Origin: an uncultured virus (IMG/VR IMGVR_UViG_3300018080_007205)
Taxonomy: Duplodnaviria > Heunggongvirae > Uroviricota > Caudoviricetes
Strand: one strand, 5' to 3'
IMG/VR virus record: IMGVR_UViG_3300018080_007205
DNA length: 20,000 nucleotides
The position numbers and the translations under genes are program-made. Below, piece after piece: positions 8,997 through 17,736 of this stretch. Position 1 is the stretch's first letter, and each line of letters begins with the position of its first letter. The notes beneath the pieces were generated by a model. It worked only from the letters and a program-made list of their open reading frames with translations, searched no databases and was not told the origin of the DNA.

Positions 8997-9392
8997 TCAC
9001 ATATCTACTTCCAGCGCCCGGCCGTACGACTTGCCGCTGTCAGCAGCGGCGATATAGGCGCTGTTTGTGACCGAGAACTGCTGCTTCCAGTGCCACCTGT
9101 CCATGACGAACTGGGAGAACTCGCCTGCGGTCAGCTTAACCTCATCCTCCACGCTCATCTCCAGCATGCGGATCGCCTGGTCGTATTCTGGAGTCTGGTT
9201 CATTGGGAACACGAGACCATGGCCTCTCGGAACGCGCTCGCCCTTCCTGGCACGATCCAGCTGATCCTCCAGCTCTTCGATCACCTTCTGCTTGAAAACC
9301 CCCAGCGCATCCTCGAACACCTCCAGGTGGTTCTTGCGGTTCTCTCTCAGGACTTTCAGGAGTTCTTCCTTCTTGACTTTCACAGACTCCAT
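8997..9392 (-). CDS. Hypothetical helical protein
   Basis: ATG 9392 with AGGAG SD; protein-like sequence (YDQAIRMLEMSV...EFSQFVMDRWHWK). Confidence 0.75.
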   Translation of the reverse strand: MESVKVKKEELLKVLRENRKNHLEVFEDALGVFKQKVIEELEDQLDRARKGERVPRGHGLVFPMNQTPEYDQAIRMLEMSVEDEVKLTAGEFSQFVMDRWHWKQQFSVTNSAYIAAADSGKSYGRALEVDM

Positions 9393-9402
9393 TCGCCTTC
9401 TC

Positions 9403-9951
9403 CTATTTCGCCACATCCGCCAGGTTCCTAGGAAACCTGCGGCGCGTTATCATTTTGAACAGTTTGTTGTTCTTCTCGGTCCACGCTCTCTTGTACGCCT
9501 TGGTGAGCCACAGGATCTTCAGGTGGTACTTCCCGTTCCCGCCATACCAGTTGTAGTGGCGCATCCAGTGAAAATTTTTGCTGCGGTGGGTGTGCGACGA
9601 CAGGCACGAGTCTCTGATCACCTTCATCAGCTTCGTGCCGTGGTTGACATTACATTCCAGTTTCAGCAGGTCGCACTTGCGAAGACCGAACCGCTTTTGC
9701 GCCATCCTGGACGGGGAATGGATCTGCATCAGCCCATAGTCACCGGTCGCCCCCCGAAGCCACGGCGTCATGTTGGACTCGTGCTTTGCGACCGCCAGCA
9801 CCATAACGGGGTCCAAGGATCTCATGGCTGCATATTTGCAGATGACCTTAGACATCCTGTACAGTCGTGCAAGCCTGTTAATCCTGTGCTCGAACGGTGT
9901 GGAGCACAGCGCCATGCCGGTTATCATTGCCGCGCACGCCGAGGCGCCCAT
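9403..9951 (-). CDS. Lytic transglycosylase, SLT-like domain
   Basis: LAVAKHES (catalytic Glu-Ser), GDYGLMQI, NV.HG and HYN motifs; hydrophobic N-terminus. Confidence 0.85.
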   Translation of the reverse strand: MGASACAAMITGMALCSTPFEHRINRLARLYRMSKVICKYAAMRSLDPVMVLAVAKHESNMTPWLRGATGDYGLMQIHSPSRMAQKRFGLRKCDLLKLECNVNHGTKLMKVIRDSCLSSHTHRSKNFHWMRHYNWYGGNGKYHLKILWLTKAYKRAWTEKNNKLFKMITRRRFPRNLADVAK

Positions 9952-10278
9952 CTACTTACACAGCCTTTCCACCTCCGACACCATCTGTAGCAGCGCCAGG
10001 TGGTAGGATATCAGGAAAAAATAGAAGCCGCAATAAGCGCCCACCAGCACCTTGGCTGCCCTCCTCTTCCAGAGCGACAGCGCCATCCAGCCCAGAAGCA
10101 TTGCCAGCAGGAGTTTTGGCAGCCACCACAGGCGACCGAAGGCGTTCATGAGCTTTAGCACCAGGAGATTGGATTCCTCCCCTATGCTGCTATTGACGAT
10201 CATCTCAGTCGTCACAATGTCCCCGACGGTCAGAAGAATAATAAATGCGTAAAGAAACACGGCTTTGATGCGTGTCAA
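9952..10278 (-). CDS. DUF5658-like membrane protein
   Basis: D-x2-TT...G-x-E-x-N pattern with three hydrophobic helices; TTG start with GGAGG SD. Confidence 0.7.
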   Translation of the reverse strand: MTRIKAVFLYAFIILLTVGDIVTTEMIVNSSIGEESNLLVLKLMNAFGRLWWLPKLLLAMLLGWMALSLWKRRAAKVLVGAYCGFYFFLISYHLALLQMVSEVERLCK

Positions 10279-10550
10279 TTGAACTCCTCCCTCGATCGCC
10301 CAGTCGCAATCAACATGGTCGACACCTCTTCCAAATGCGACAGGTCCTGGAACGGCACGGGCGGACTGGCGTGCTTTGTTCCGTCTTCAAACCCCATTGC
10401 GTACAAGTCGTCCGCCGTCTTGAGAAGAAACTCCCTGACGAGATCATGGTTCCCGCTCATACAGGCATCAAGGAATGTTTTGCTGCGCGCCAGCGCCTGT
10501 GCCAATCCGTCAACCCTTCCATCGTATCTCCAGCGGTTATGCATCGCCAA
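10275..10550 (-). CDS. Hypothetical protein
   Basis: ORF coupled to neighbours; start at 10550 (TTG) or 10544 (ATG). Confidence 0.65.
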   Translation of the reverse strand: MAMHNRWRYDGRVDGLAQALARSKTFLDACMSGNHDLVREFLLKTADDLYAMGFEDGTKHASPPVPFQDLSHLEEVSTMLIATGRSREEFN

Positions 10551-10866
10551 TGTCCTTCAAGAGCGCAACATACTCCAGCACAGCCAAACCGTGCCTCTCG
10601 TCGAACCCTGCTTCGACTGCCGCCTTGGCATACAGGCGGCGCATGTCGCTGACAAGGCACTCGTCGACGATGGACTCCAGCTCATCCTTCTCCACCATCT
10701 CGTCGCCCAACGAGGCGAGCACGCGCTTGCGCAGCTCGTTTCTGTCGGGGCATCTTACCGATGCTGTAGACCGAAGTAGTTCAACGCACTTGTCCGCCGG
10801 CAGGCTCCAGATTGCCTGGCTCGCCCACAGTGCGCGCGACACAGCGCGCTTTGTTTCAGGCCACAT
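10537..10866 (-). CDS. Hypothetical protein
   Basis: 109 aa ORF tiling between neighbours. Confidence 0.65.
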   Translation of the reverse strand: MWPETKRAVSRALWASQAIWSLPADKCVELLRSTASVRCPDRNELRKRVLASLGDEMVEKDELESIVDECLVSDMRRLYAKAAVEAGFDERHGLAVLEYVALLKDIGDA

Positions 10867-10996
10867 CTCCGCTGTTCGATCCGTCTTTCGGAAAGTGTTC
10901 TTTCATCCAATTCCGACCTTTTTTCGTGCGCTTGAAAAATGTAGCGAACGGCTTGTCCACCAGCGGCTTGTCCTCGTGCTTCTTTCCCTTCTTCAT
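10856..10996 (-). CDS. Small basic protein (46 aa), below the ORF-track cutoff
   Basis: MKKGKKHEDKPLVDKPFATFFKRTKKGRNWMKEHFPKDGSNSGDVA; ATGA overlap with the upstream stop; GGAGG SD; fills the gap exactly. Confidence 0.65.
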   Translation of the reverse strand: MKKGKKHEDKPLVDKPFATFFKRTKKGRNWMKEHFPKDGSNSGDVA

Positions 10997-11835
10997 ACAG
11001 TTTCCTCCAGCTCCGTATCGATAGCCTCGTCATTGAGTTTCGGATACCCGTAAATGGCAGGTCCGGTAAGTACGCGCAGGTTGTCCCTCATCTTCACCTC
11101 GCCCCCCCCATGCGTATGACCGCACAGTACCAGGAGGCTTTTGTCGGGACGCTCGTCCATCACCTCAAGCATGGCGTCGCCCATGGCTTTGGAAGAGAAG
11201 TACGGGAGCCATTCCAGGCTCGACATTTTGCCGTCGTACCAGGCGGCCTCGGGGAACGGCGGCACATGGGTTGCCACTATTGCCCTGTCGTGCTTGTCCA
11301 GCGCCGAGTTAAGCCTCGCCTTGACAGCCTCGGCAGCCTCGACCGACAGCTCCTCGAACTTGATGTGCATCAGCTGTTCCGAACCTCTGCTGCCATAGGG
11401 ATCGCTGTACGGACCCACAATTGCAATTTCCTGTATAAGCCTGAAATCATTCAGAGCGATACGACTTATCCTGCCGAACTTCGCATCGTACCAGCCGTCA
11501 TGCCCGATGAGAGCAGTGCCCCCAGGCAGAACCACCATATCCACGGCGGTCAGGTATGTGAGGTTGTCATTCTTGAGCATAATGTCAGTGGCAACCTCTC
11601 GCTCCTTTTTTATGGACGACCCGTAGAAGTCGTGGTTGCCCAGCACGAAATAAACGGTCGCGCCCGTCTTGGCGATTGCCTCAAGATGCCCTCTCAGCTT
11701 AGTGCCGTTGCTGATATCGCCGCAGACGACAACAGTGGAACCTTCCGGCAGTTCCTTCAGCGATTTCAGGAAGGCTTTCTTTCGGGTCCGAATCGCATGG
11801 TCAAGGTGTATGTCGTTGCACCAATACAGCTTCAT
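10993..11835 (-). CDS. Metallophosphoesterase (Icc/CpdA-like)
   Basis: NDIHLD, CGDIS, LGNHDFY, THVPP, CGHTH motifs. Confidence 0.9.
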   Translation of the reverse strand: MKLYWCNDIHLDHAIRTRKKAFLKSLKELPEGSTVVVCGDISNGTKLRGHLEAIAKTGATVYFVLGNHDFYGSSIKKEREVATDIMLKNDNLTYLTAVDMVVLPGGTALIGHDGWYDAKFGRISRIALNDFRLIQEIAIVGPYSDPYGSRGSEQLMHIKFEELSVEAAEAVKARLNSALDKHDRAIVATHVPPFPEAAWYDGKMSSLEWLPYFSSKAMGDAMLEVMDERPDKSLLVLCGHTHGGGEVKMRDNLRVLTGPAIYGYPKLNDEAIDTELEETV

Positions 11836-12221
11836 TGCTTTCCCGGCAGACGATAGGTTTCCGTCTCAAGGTCGTAACGCTTGCTCCTGATCATCTCGCA
11901 GACCTTTTTTGAAAGCCCGAGCTGCTGGAAGGCGGCACTCCAGTTGCCGTTTCTAACCTGCACATAGTCATAGGATCCGGATACATGGATCAGGTTTCCG
12001 GACTCGCTGTCCTTCCAGTAGATGCCGTCCGAATGTTCCTCGCTCGTGATCGTCGTACCGCGCAATTCCCAGCAGCGGTACGGCTTCGCCCCTGCCTCGG
12101 TAAGCTCCACTACAACCCAGTCAGCCCCTAGGGCCGTGGCGCTGCATGACGAGCAGCCCCGGTCCAGGTATGCGCATCCTCCCAGCATGATTACAAACAG
12201 CGCCATGTGACTTTTTTTCAT
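11832..12221 (-). CDS. Putative lipoprotein
   Basis: MKKSHMALFVIMLGG-C lipobox; ATG 12221 with AAGGAG SD. Confidence 0.7.
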   Translation of the reverse strand: MKKSHMALFVIMLGGCAYLDRGCSSCSATALGADWVVVELTEAGAKPYRCWELRGTTITSEEHSDGIYWKDSESGNLIHVSGSYDYVQVRNGNWSAAFQQLGLSKKVCEMIRSKRYDLETETYRLPGKQ

Positions 12222-12238
12222 AAATGTCTTCTCCTTTA

Positions 12239-13303
12239 TCATAAGGCTTTTGATGTAAAGGACTCTGCCGCCGGCAAGTCAAACAGAGTCCTTAGCATTT
12301 TCATCAGCTGCCTAGGATCAAGCGGCGGGCATGTATACCCGCCCTCTCCAGGTTTTTCCGGGCAAAGATCGCATGCGTCTCCCCACAAGTCGCCGTCCAT
12401 ATTTTTCTGGTCCGCATTTTTCTCGAACGGACAATTGTCATGCGCATCAGGTACGCTGTCGCCATCCATGTCAGCAGTAGAGTAGCAATATTTCTCTCCG
12501 CCTCCCCATGACACATATGTCGACATCGGATCGACCTGGTATGCCGTTGCTGCGAATCCGCATTTGTCGCCGCCATCAAACACCATCTTCCAGAGCTGCT
12601 TCTCGCCATGGCTGTTTTTCACCAAAAACGCCCCTCCGCGATTCCTGTACCCCACAATCAGGACGGCATGAGCCCCCGTTTGCTTGTTGTTGGTACAGTA
12701 GAGAATGTCTCCACTTTTCAGCCATCCACCCCAATTGCGCACGCCGACTATCACAGGACCGTACTGTAGCGCTTCAACAAGAAGTGGTTTTTTGGACAAG
12801 TAATCCATGCTTGTGGGATAGATCTCCCTGAAGCCGCCAGTGCGGTAGTACATAACCTGGTCTGGAAACACCGGTCCAGAATCAGACAGGAACACTGACA
12901 GACAGTTGCGGCACGGTCCCCACGACCCTGTTGGAGCCAGTTGCTCGGGCAAGATGCCGAAGTCCCTGATGTGCTCAAGAACGCCCGCTGGGTCCCCCCC
13001 CTCGTCGCACGGATGCCTGCGGCAATTGTGTATGTTCTGTTCCGACAGGTCCAGCATAATATTCACTCCGCGGTCTATGCCGAACTGTATTTCGTACGCT
13101 GCCGTGGCAGCATATAAAAAGCAATCTCCGCACGGCTGTCTTTTTATGGTTGTCATGTAGTTCTCAGGAACCCCATCCCCATCCAAGTCGACGGACGCCC
13201 AGGAGAAATGCTTGGGAAACTCATTAATGTCAGGAACACAGGTGCCGCCATCGCAGCAACCCCATGCGAACGCCATCATTACGACGACAAGTAAGATCCT
13301 CAT
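12239..13303 (-). CDS. Papain-family (C1A) cysteine peptidase, putative lipoprotein, with thrombospondin type-3 repeats
   Basis: Signal/lipobox [14 protein letters not shown] (Gln, catalytic Cys); [13 protein letters not shown] (His); VKNSHG (Asn); C-terminal [32 protein letters not shown]. Confidence 0.88.
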   Translation of the reverse strand: MRILLVVVMMAFAWGCCDGGTCVPDINEFPKHFSWASVDLDGDGVPENYMTTIKRQPCGDCFLYAATAAYEIQFGIDRGVNIMLDLSEQNIHNCRRHPCDEGGDPAGVLEHIRDFGILPEQLAPTGSWGPCRNCLSVFLSDSGPVFPDQVMYYRTGGFREIYPTSMDYLSKKPLLVEALQYGPVIVGVRNWGGWLKSGDILYCTNNKQTGAHAVLIVGYRNRGGAFLVKNSHGEKQLWKMVFDGGDKCGFAATAYQVDPMSTYVSWGGGEKYCYSTADMDGDSVPDAHDNCPFEKNADQKNMDGDLWGDACDLCPEKPGEGGYTCPPLDPRQLMKMLRTLFDLPAAESFTSKAL

Positions 13304-14496
13304 CTGCCCTCCATCAAAAGCGCCTTCTCAACCATATCGATACACAGCCTGTCTATCGCTTTCCTGTTCGGCTTGTACGGAACCACATATGTCTTGTTTT
13401 CATATATCTCGTCCAGCTCCTTGTGCTGCTTCTCCGACCACTCCATCATCTCGTCGAAGCTCCAGGCTCCATTCCGTATAGCAAGAAGCTCGTCGGCATC
13501 CGGGCGTTTCACGACCACTTTGCCTTCCTTCAGGATTTCTGACGACATTTTTAAAAGCCTGACGAGATGCATGGCATTTTTCGAATCGAATCCGTACTTG
13601 GCTTCCAGCTCCGCACGGGCAGGATTCCTGGTCTTCTTCCAGTTCTGATACTGCTTGTATTCCCTGAGCCGCGCCTTGTACCTGCGCTCCCTGTCCAGGT
13701 ATTCCAGGAAGTTGTCGCTGAACCCCAGGAGCCTGCCGGCAGCATCCGACAGGCGACCGACGTCCATGTCCTCGTCGACCGTCAGCGGCACGGGCGCTTC
13801 CCCCTGTAGACCAGCCCACATGTCACAAATCGACATGACGGTTTTCCTGCGCACCGCGTCCAGCACTGCGCGCGGAAGCTCCTCGTCCAGAAACAGCCAT
13901 TCCCCCACCTTCTTCTTGATCAGGCTCTCGGCCGCCAGCATCTGGTCCTTGGGTATGACCGTCCTGTGCGACAGCCCGTATTCCTCCCTGTTTGGCTTGC
14001 GCGCCGGAGGATTGAGCAACCAGCGCCTGTGGGTTCTGATCCTCTTGAGCTGGGACTGGGCATAGCCGCAGAAAGTGTACTTGGCCTTTGCGGACAGGAA
14101 CAGGTCCCTGCTGGCCAGCAGCTCTTCCATCAGCGGCTCCACCAGCACCTGGCACGAGTCTGAAAACAGGATCTCGATAATGTTAGGGTTACAGTCCGCC
14201 GCCAGCTTCATGAACTTTCGCAGCCCGAAAACGGTGGAGTCGATTTTCTCATCCTGCGGTATGCCGCGCCCGACCATCGATGCCAGCCTATCCACCAGAC
14301 CCTGACCGCCCACGCTGGCATCGCGCGGATACTCTCCCTCGAACTGCTCGAAATTCTTTTCGAACCCAAGGAAATACTCGCGCGGTGGAATACAGATGCC
14401 GCGCATGTCCACATCGGAATCCGGTCTGGAGGTTCCGTATGCATGACTGCCGGCCAGAACTATGTAGATCGTATGGTCATGGATGTTCCACTCCAC
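13300..14496 (-). CDS. Pol-beta-superfamily nucleotidyltransferase (RlaP/YcgL-like)
   Basis: [50 protein letters not shown] motifs. Confidence 0.9.
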   Translation of the reverse strand: MEWNIHDHTIYIVLAGSHAYGTSRPDSDVDMRGICIPPREYFLGFEKNFEQFEGEYPRDASVGGQGLVDRLASMVGRGIPQDEKIDSTVFGLRKFMKLAADCNPNIIEILFSDSCQVLVEPLMEELLASRDLFLSAKAKYTFCGYAQSQLKRIRTHRRWLLNPPARKPNREEYGLSHRTVIPKDQMLAAESLIKKKVGEWLFLDEELPRAVLDAVRRKTVMSICDMWAGLQGEAPVPLTVDEDMDVGRLSDAAGRLLGFSDNFLEYLDRERRYKARLREYKQYQNWKKTRNPARAELEAKYGFDSKNAMHLVRLLKMSSEILKEGKVVVKRPDADELLAIRNGAWSFDEMMEWSEKQHKELDEIYENKTYVVPYKPNRKAIDRLCIDMVEKALLMEGR

Positions 14497-14497
14497 G

Positions 14498-14983
14498 CTA
14501 CTTCTCCCTGTTCATTTCCACATTTCCGTGTTCATTCTCCCCCTCATTTCGCAGGTCATCGCGGATTTTCATAAGGAGCTTGCCAAGGTTGTTCTGCCCC
14601 TCCCACTCGCCTTTGTCGCTGCGGCACATTCCCCAGAAGCGATCGCCCCAATAGTTGCCTTCAATCAGCTTCTCGTCCCCCGTTGCCAACAGCCTCTTGC
14701 GCAGGTGCGGGATGGCGAACTTCTGCACCAGCAGACTGTACATGATGTCCTTCTTGACGGCGTCCCAGTCGGGACGCATCTGGACCCTTCTCCCCAGGTG
14801 CTTCGCCTTGCCCGCAGTCTGCGCCTTGCGGATTCTCTCGCGCTCCTCCCCGTTCTCAGCGACCTTGGCAGCCTGGTACGCGTGCTCGACGGTGGCGTAC
14901 CTCTCGCCATCAAGCTCCACGCATGATGCGTAAAAGTTGCTCAGGAAAGCGTTTTGACCTGTGAATATGTCGATTTCAGCCAT
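14498..14983 (-). CDS. NADAR (YbiA-like) N-glycosidase / ADP-ribose hydrolase
   Basis: FLSNFY, TVEHAYQAAK, AKHLGR, DWDAVK..IM, LLATGD..LIEGNYWGDRFWG, GQNNLGKLLMKIR. Confidence 0.95.
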   Translation of the reverse strand: MAEIDIFTGQNAFLSNFYASCVELDGERYATVEHAYQAAKVAENGEERERIRKAQTAGKAKHLGRRVQMRPDWDAVKKDIMYSLLVQKFAIPHLRKRLLATGDEKLIEGNYWGDRFWGMCRSDKGEWEGQNNLGKLLMKIRDDLRNEGENEHGNVEMNREK

Positions 14984-14990
14984 TCCTCAC

Positions 14991-15191
14991 CTATTCGGCG
15001 TAAAAATCCGGCGAGCAGCTGGCAGCATCGAGCCGAGGATCCCACCATTCCCGCATGGCGCGCCTGATCGCATCAGCCCTGCTGACAGCCAGGAACTCCC
15101 AGCGGTTCAGCGGATAGGTCATGTCATACTCGTCCTGGTAGTTTGCCACAACCATCCATCGCTTTAAACTTGCTGGTCCGCGTCCGCTCAT
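14991..15191 (-). CDS. Hypothetical protein
   Basis: ATGA overlap with upstream gene; GGAAAAGGA upstream. Confidence 0.65.
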   Translation of the reverse strand: MSGRGPASLKRWMVVANYQDEYDMTYPLNRWEFLAVSRADAIRRAMREWWDPRLDAASCSPDFYAE

Positions 15192-15739
15192 TCCTTTTCC
15201 TCTTTTTCGTATTGCCGCTGTTGCTCGTCCGCGAGCCTTGCGTATTCCTCCAGGTCGATCTCCTCGTCGGCATCGTCATTCTCAAAGTCTGCGGCATCCC
15301 CGAATTCCACCTCGACAACCTGGGTCCGGTTGCGCATATCCTCCAGCAGCTCGGACATCTCGCGCTCCGCATCCTCTATCTGCTTCAGGATGACGGGAAC
15401 CGTCATCGCTCTCTTCATCTGCGTGGCGTTCTCCTCGATGTCGTCAAGTTCGCGCTTCAGTCTTCCGATCCTGCCGCCGATCCGGTTTATCTTCTCAGAC
15501 TCGGTCGACGATGCCTCCCTGCGCTGCCGCTTAATCTCGCGCTTCTCCTTGCCGCGCACCACGATAGGGGGTCGAGATAGGCGGTCGCCATAAATACCAA
15601 ATTTAAACAGCCGCTCCATGCGCCGTTCGGCAGCTATGATGGTGCGCGCGGCGCGACCGCTCCGCTTTCCACCCTTGATTTTTATCTGGTGCCCGAATGT
15701 CCTAGCCCCGCGCGCCCACTTGGTTTTATCGTCAGACAT
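15188..15739 (-). CDS. Hypothetical protein with basic N-terminus, coiled-coil and acidic tail
   Basis: 183 aa ORF, GGGAG SD. Confidence 0.7.
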   Translation of the reverse strand: MSDDKTKWARGARTFGHQIKIKGGKRSGRAARTIIAAERRMERLFKFGIYGDRLSRPPIVVRGKEKREIKRQRREASSTESEKINRIGGRIGRLKRELDDIEENATQMKRAMTVPVILKQIEDAEREMSELLEDMRNRTQVVEVEFGDAADFENDDADEEIDLEEYARLADEQQRQYEKEEKE

Positions 15740-15818
15740 GAAGTTCTCCCGGAAGCATGGAGAAACAAACGATTTCTTTGCAAATTGGATGCATCAACGC
15801 GCGCGCGAATCCTTCGGA

Positions 15819-16064
15819 TTATCCGGTCGGCACAGGCGGTCCGCTCCACTTCGGACAGAGGCCCGAAACCTCGGCAAGGGAGAACAGCGCATGCTTCTCA
15901 GTCGGCGTACACGCTTCGGCGTCAACGACCACTTTGCCGCCCTTCGTTTTCATTTTCGGCATGGAACCGCCGTAATTTTGCTGCAGGATGTTTGTGTACA
16001 TGATGAGCCGCGATGTAGCCGCCAGCTCTGCCATGGCATTGTACTTTGTAATTTTCTTGCCCAT
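15819..16064 (-). CDS. Hypothetical protein
   Basis: ATG 16064 overlaps the upstream stop (TAATG); MGKKITKYNAM..., 81 aa. Confidence 0.6.
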   Translation of the reverse strand: MGKKITKYNAMAELAATSRLIMYTNILQQNYGGSMPKMKTKGGKVVVDAEACTPTEKHALFSLAEVSGLCPKWSGPPVPTG

Positions 16065-16525
16065 TAGTCGCGTCCCACAATGAGAGGCCACTCGCTTCTG
16101 GGAACTTTCCTGAGCACCAGGAGTTGCCTACACCTGATTTTGATTTTTTGCCCACCAAGTTGGTTGAGCGGAACAACTATGTCTCCCGGTCTTACCGCAA
16201 CTTCGACGATCCTGTCTGCACGGCCGGACCATGTTCCCTTGCTTCTGTTTACAACCCATCCAACCGCATTTTTTAGGGGGGCTACATGTAGACCGGCACC
16301 ACACGAGACAGCCCTATGTTCGTCCATCACCCTCACCCTCACTAGCGTTCCAGGCTTGTAGGGGGCTTTCTTGCCATGGGGTCTATGACGGATGCTCCAT
16401 GGTTTGTAGAGCGGACCATACACAGCCTTGTAGAACAGCAGATGTTTCTCTTTGCCGATAGTCTTGGTTCTGATGCCATGCTTTTTAACAAAACTGCGCA
16501 GCCCGTTCGGCCATCTCTTTGCCAT
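16064..16525 (-). CDS. rIIB C-terminal-like / DUF7666-like domain protein
   Basis: FYKAV...YKPG...D...SCGAGLHV...RIVEVAVRPGDIVVP...KIRCR pattern, recalled from T4 rIIB C-terminus and DUF7666. Confidence 0.6.
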   Translation of the reverse strand: MAKRWPNGLRSFVKKHGIRTKTIGKEKHLLFYKAVYGPLYKPWSIRHRPHGKKAPYKPGTLVRVRVMDEHRAVSCGAGLHVAPLKNAVGWVVNRSKGTWSGRADRIVEVAVRPGDIVVPLNQLGGQKIKIRCRQLLVLRKVPRSEWPLIVGRD

Positions 16526-16537
16526 GTCTTGCCCCTT

Positions 16538-17401
16538 TCACCATTCGCGCCCGTCGGGATCCTTGCCATGGTTTTCCATGTATCCCTCGACCACGAAGTA
16601 TTTGCACGAACATGTTCCATCCGTGAAAAAGTTCAGCGAGTTGACGGATGTCTTGACAGTTCTCCAGAACACCACCTCGTGCCCGTAGATCTCGAACGCC
16701 TCGGCGTCCTCCACGAACCTTCTCTTCGGCGGTCCGAAGATCTGCGACACCTTCGTGTACGTGCGCTCGTAGGCCGCGATGTCCGGAGCCAGCAGCTCCG
16801 CCCTGGTGTCGGTGGACGGTCTTCGTATCTGTACGTACCGCACGTTGTCGAACTTGCAGACATACCTCAGTATGTCGAAGAACTTCCACTCGTTGCACCT
16901 GTTGAGCACGATCGACACGCGCGGCCTCTCGGTAGCCGGTATGACATAGTCCCAGTCAGGCATGTCCGACCTTCCGAGTATCATCCTAGTCGTAACAGGA
17001 TCGACCGAATGTATGCTGTACCCTGTCGACAGGTCGCACTGGTTGATGGTCTCCATGTGCTTGTGAGCCAGGTAGCCGTTCGTTCTCAGCCCGACGCCGA
17101 ACCCCCTGACTTTCAGGGAATCCACCAACTCCGCCAGGTACTTGTACAGCAGAGAATCAGTGTTCTGTCCCGTGATGTAGACCTTCCTGACACCTTCGCG
17201 CTTCACCCTTGCCAGGAAGCGGTCGAAGTTCTTCCATTCGCTGAAGTGCGTGCGTAGCTGGTTGTGCTTGTTCAGCAGCTCGCCGATGTCCTTGCCCAGG
17301 CAAAAGAAGCAGTCGACGTTGCATTTTCCCAGCAGGTTGATGTTCGCGAACGAATATGCGTCGCGTTTGCGGTTCTTGGATGCGCTGGCGCAAGTAATCA
17401 T
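16538..17401 (-). CDS. Radical SAM protein
   Basis: CNVDCFFC (CxxxCxxC), then YITGQ and LRTNG; ATG 17401 overlaps the upstream TGA. Confidence 0.88.
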   Translation of the reverse strand: MITCASASKNRKRDAYSFANINLLGKCNVDCFFCLGKDIGELLNKHNQLRTHFSEWKNFDRFLARVKREGVRKVYITGQNTDSLLYKYLAELVDSLKVRGFGVGLRTNGYLAHKHMETINQCDLSTGYSIHSVDPVTTRMILGRSDMPDWDYVIPATERPRVSIVLNRCNEWKFFDILRYVCKFDNVRYVQIRRPSTDTRAELLAPDIAAYERTYTKVSQIFGPPKRRFVEDAEAFEIYGHEVVFWRTVKTSVNSLNFFTDGTCSCKYFVVEGYMENHGKDPDGREW

Positions 17402-17658
17402 GATCCCAGCCACAGAGAAAGGTAGTACACTCCAAAGCTCAGCGCCAGTACAATCGCCACAACTAGCGCGATAAGAAAAAAGAAGACAAAGCCTAGCGCG
17501 CCGGACCCAGAGTTCTCCTGTTTTGCTATCATGTAGAACAGAAGCATCGCCACAAGCGACAGTCCCGCGCCCACCAGCGCCGGAATCGCGTTTCCAACCA
17601 GGAAGCAGATGCCGCCGAAGAACAGTATTGGAATAAGTATCATTAATGCGACAATCAT
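17398..17658 (-). CDS. Small membrane protein (three TM)
   Basis: Highly hydrophobic; GGAGG SD. Confidence 0.7.
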   Translation of the reverse strand: MIVALMILIPILFFGGICFLVGNAIPALVGAGLSLVAMLLFYMIAKQENSGSGALGFVFFFLIALVVAIVLALSFGVYYLSLWLGS

Positions 17659-17736
17659 TTTCTATCCTCCATGTCTCCAGATTGGTCCAAGGTCGTGTTC
17701 CAGCCTGTGTAACTCACGGTCGCACGGTCCGTAAAT

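Noticed and set aside
15740..15820. Intergenic (CG)5 run, AATCC-GAA-GGATT mini-hairpin and TTTGCAAA palindrome (also at about 2672-2679)
   Set aside because: The motifs are short. The hairpin has no U-tract, and its GAA loop is on the coding strand, unlike N4-type hairpin promoters. The second TTTGCAAA overlaps a start codon. Could be regulatory, but not supportable.
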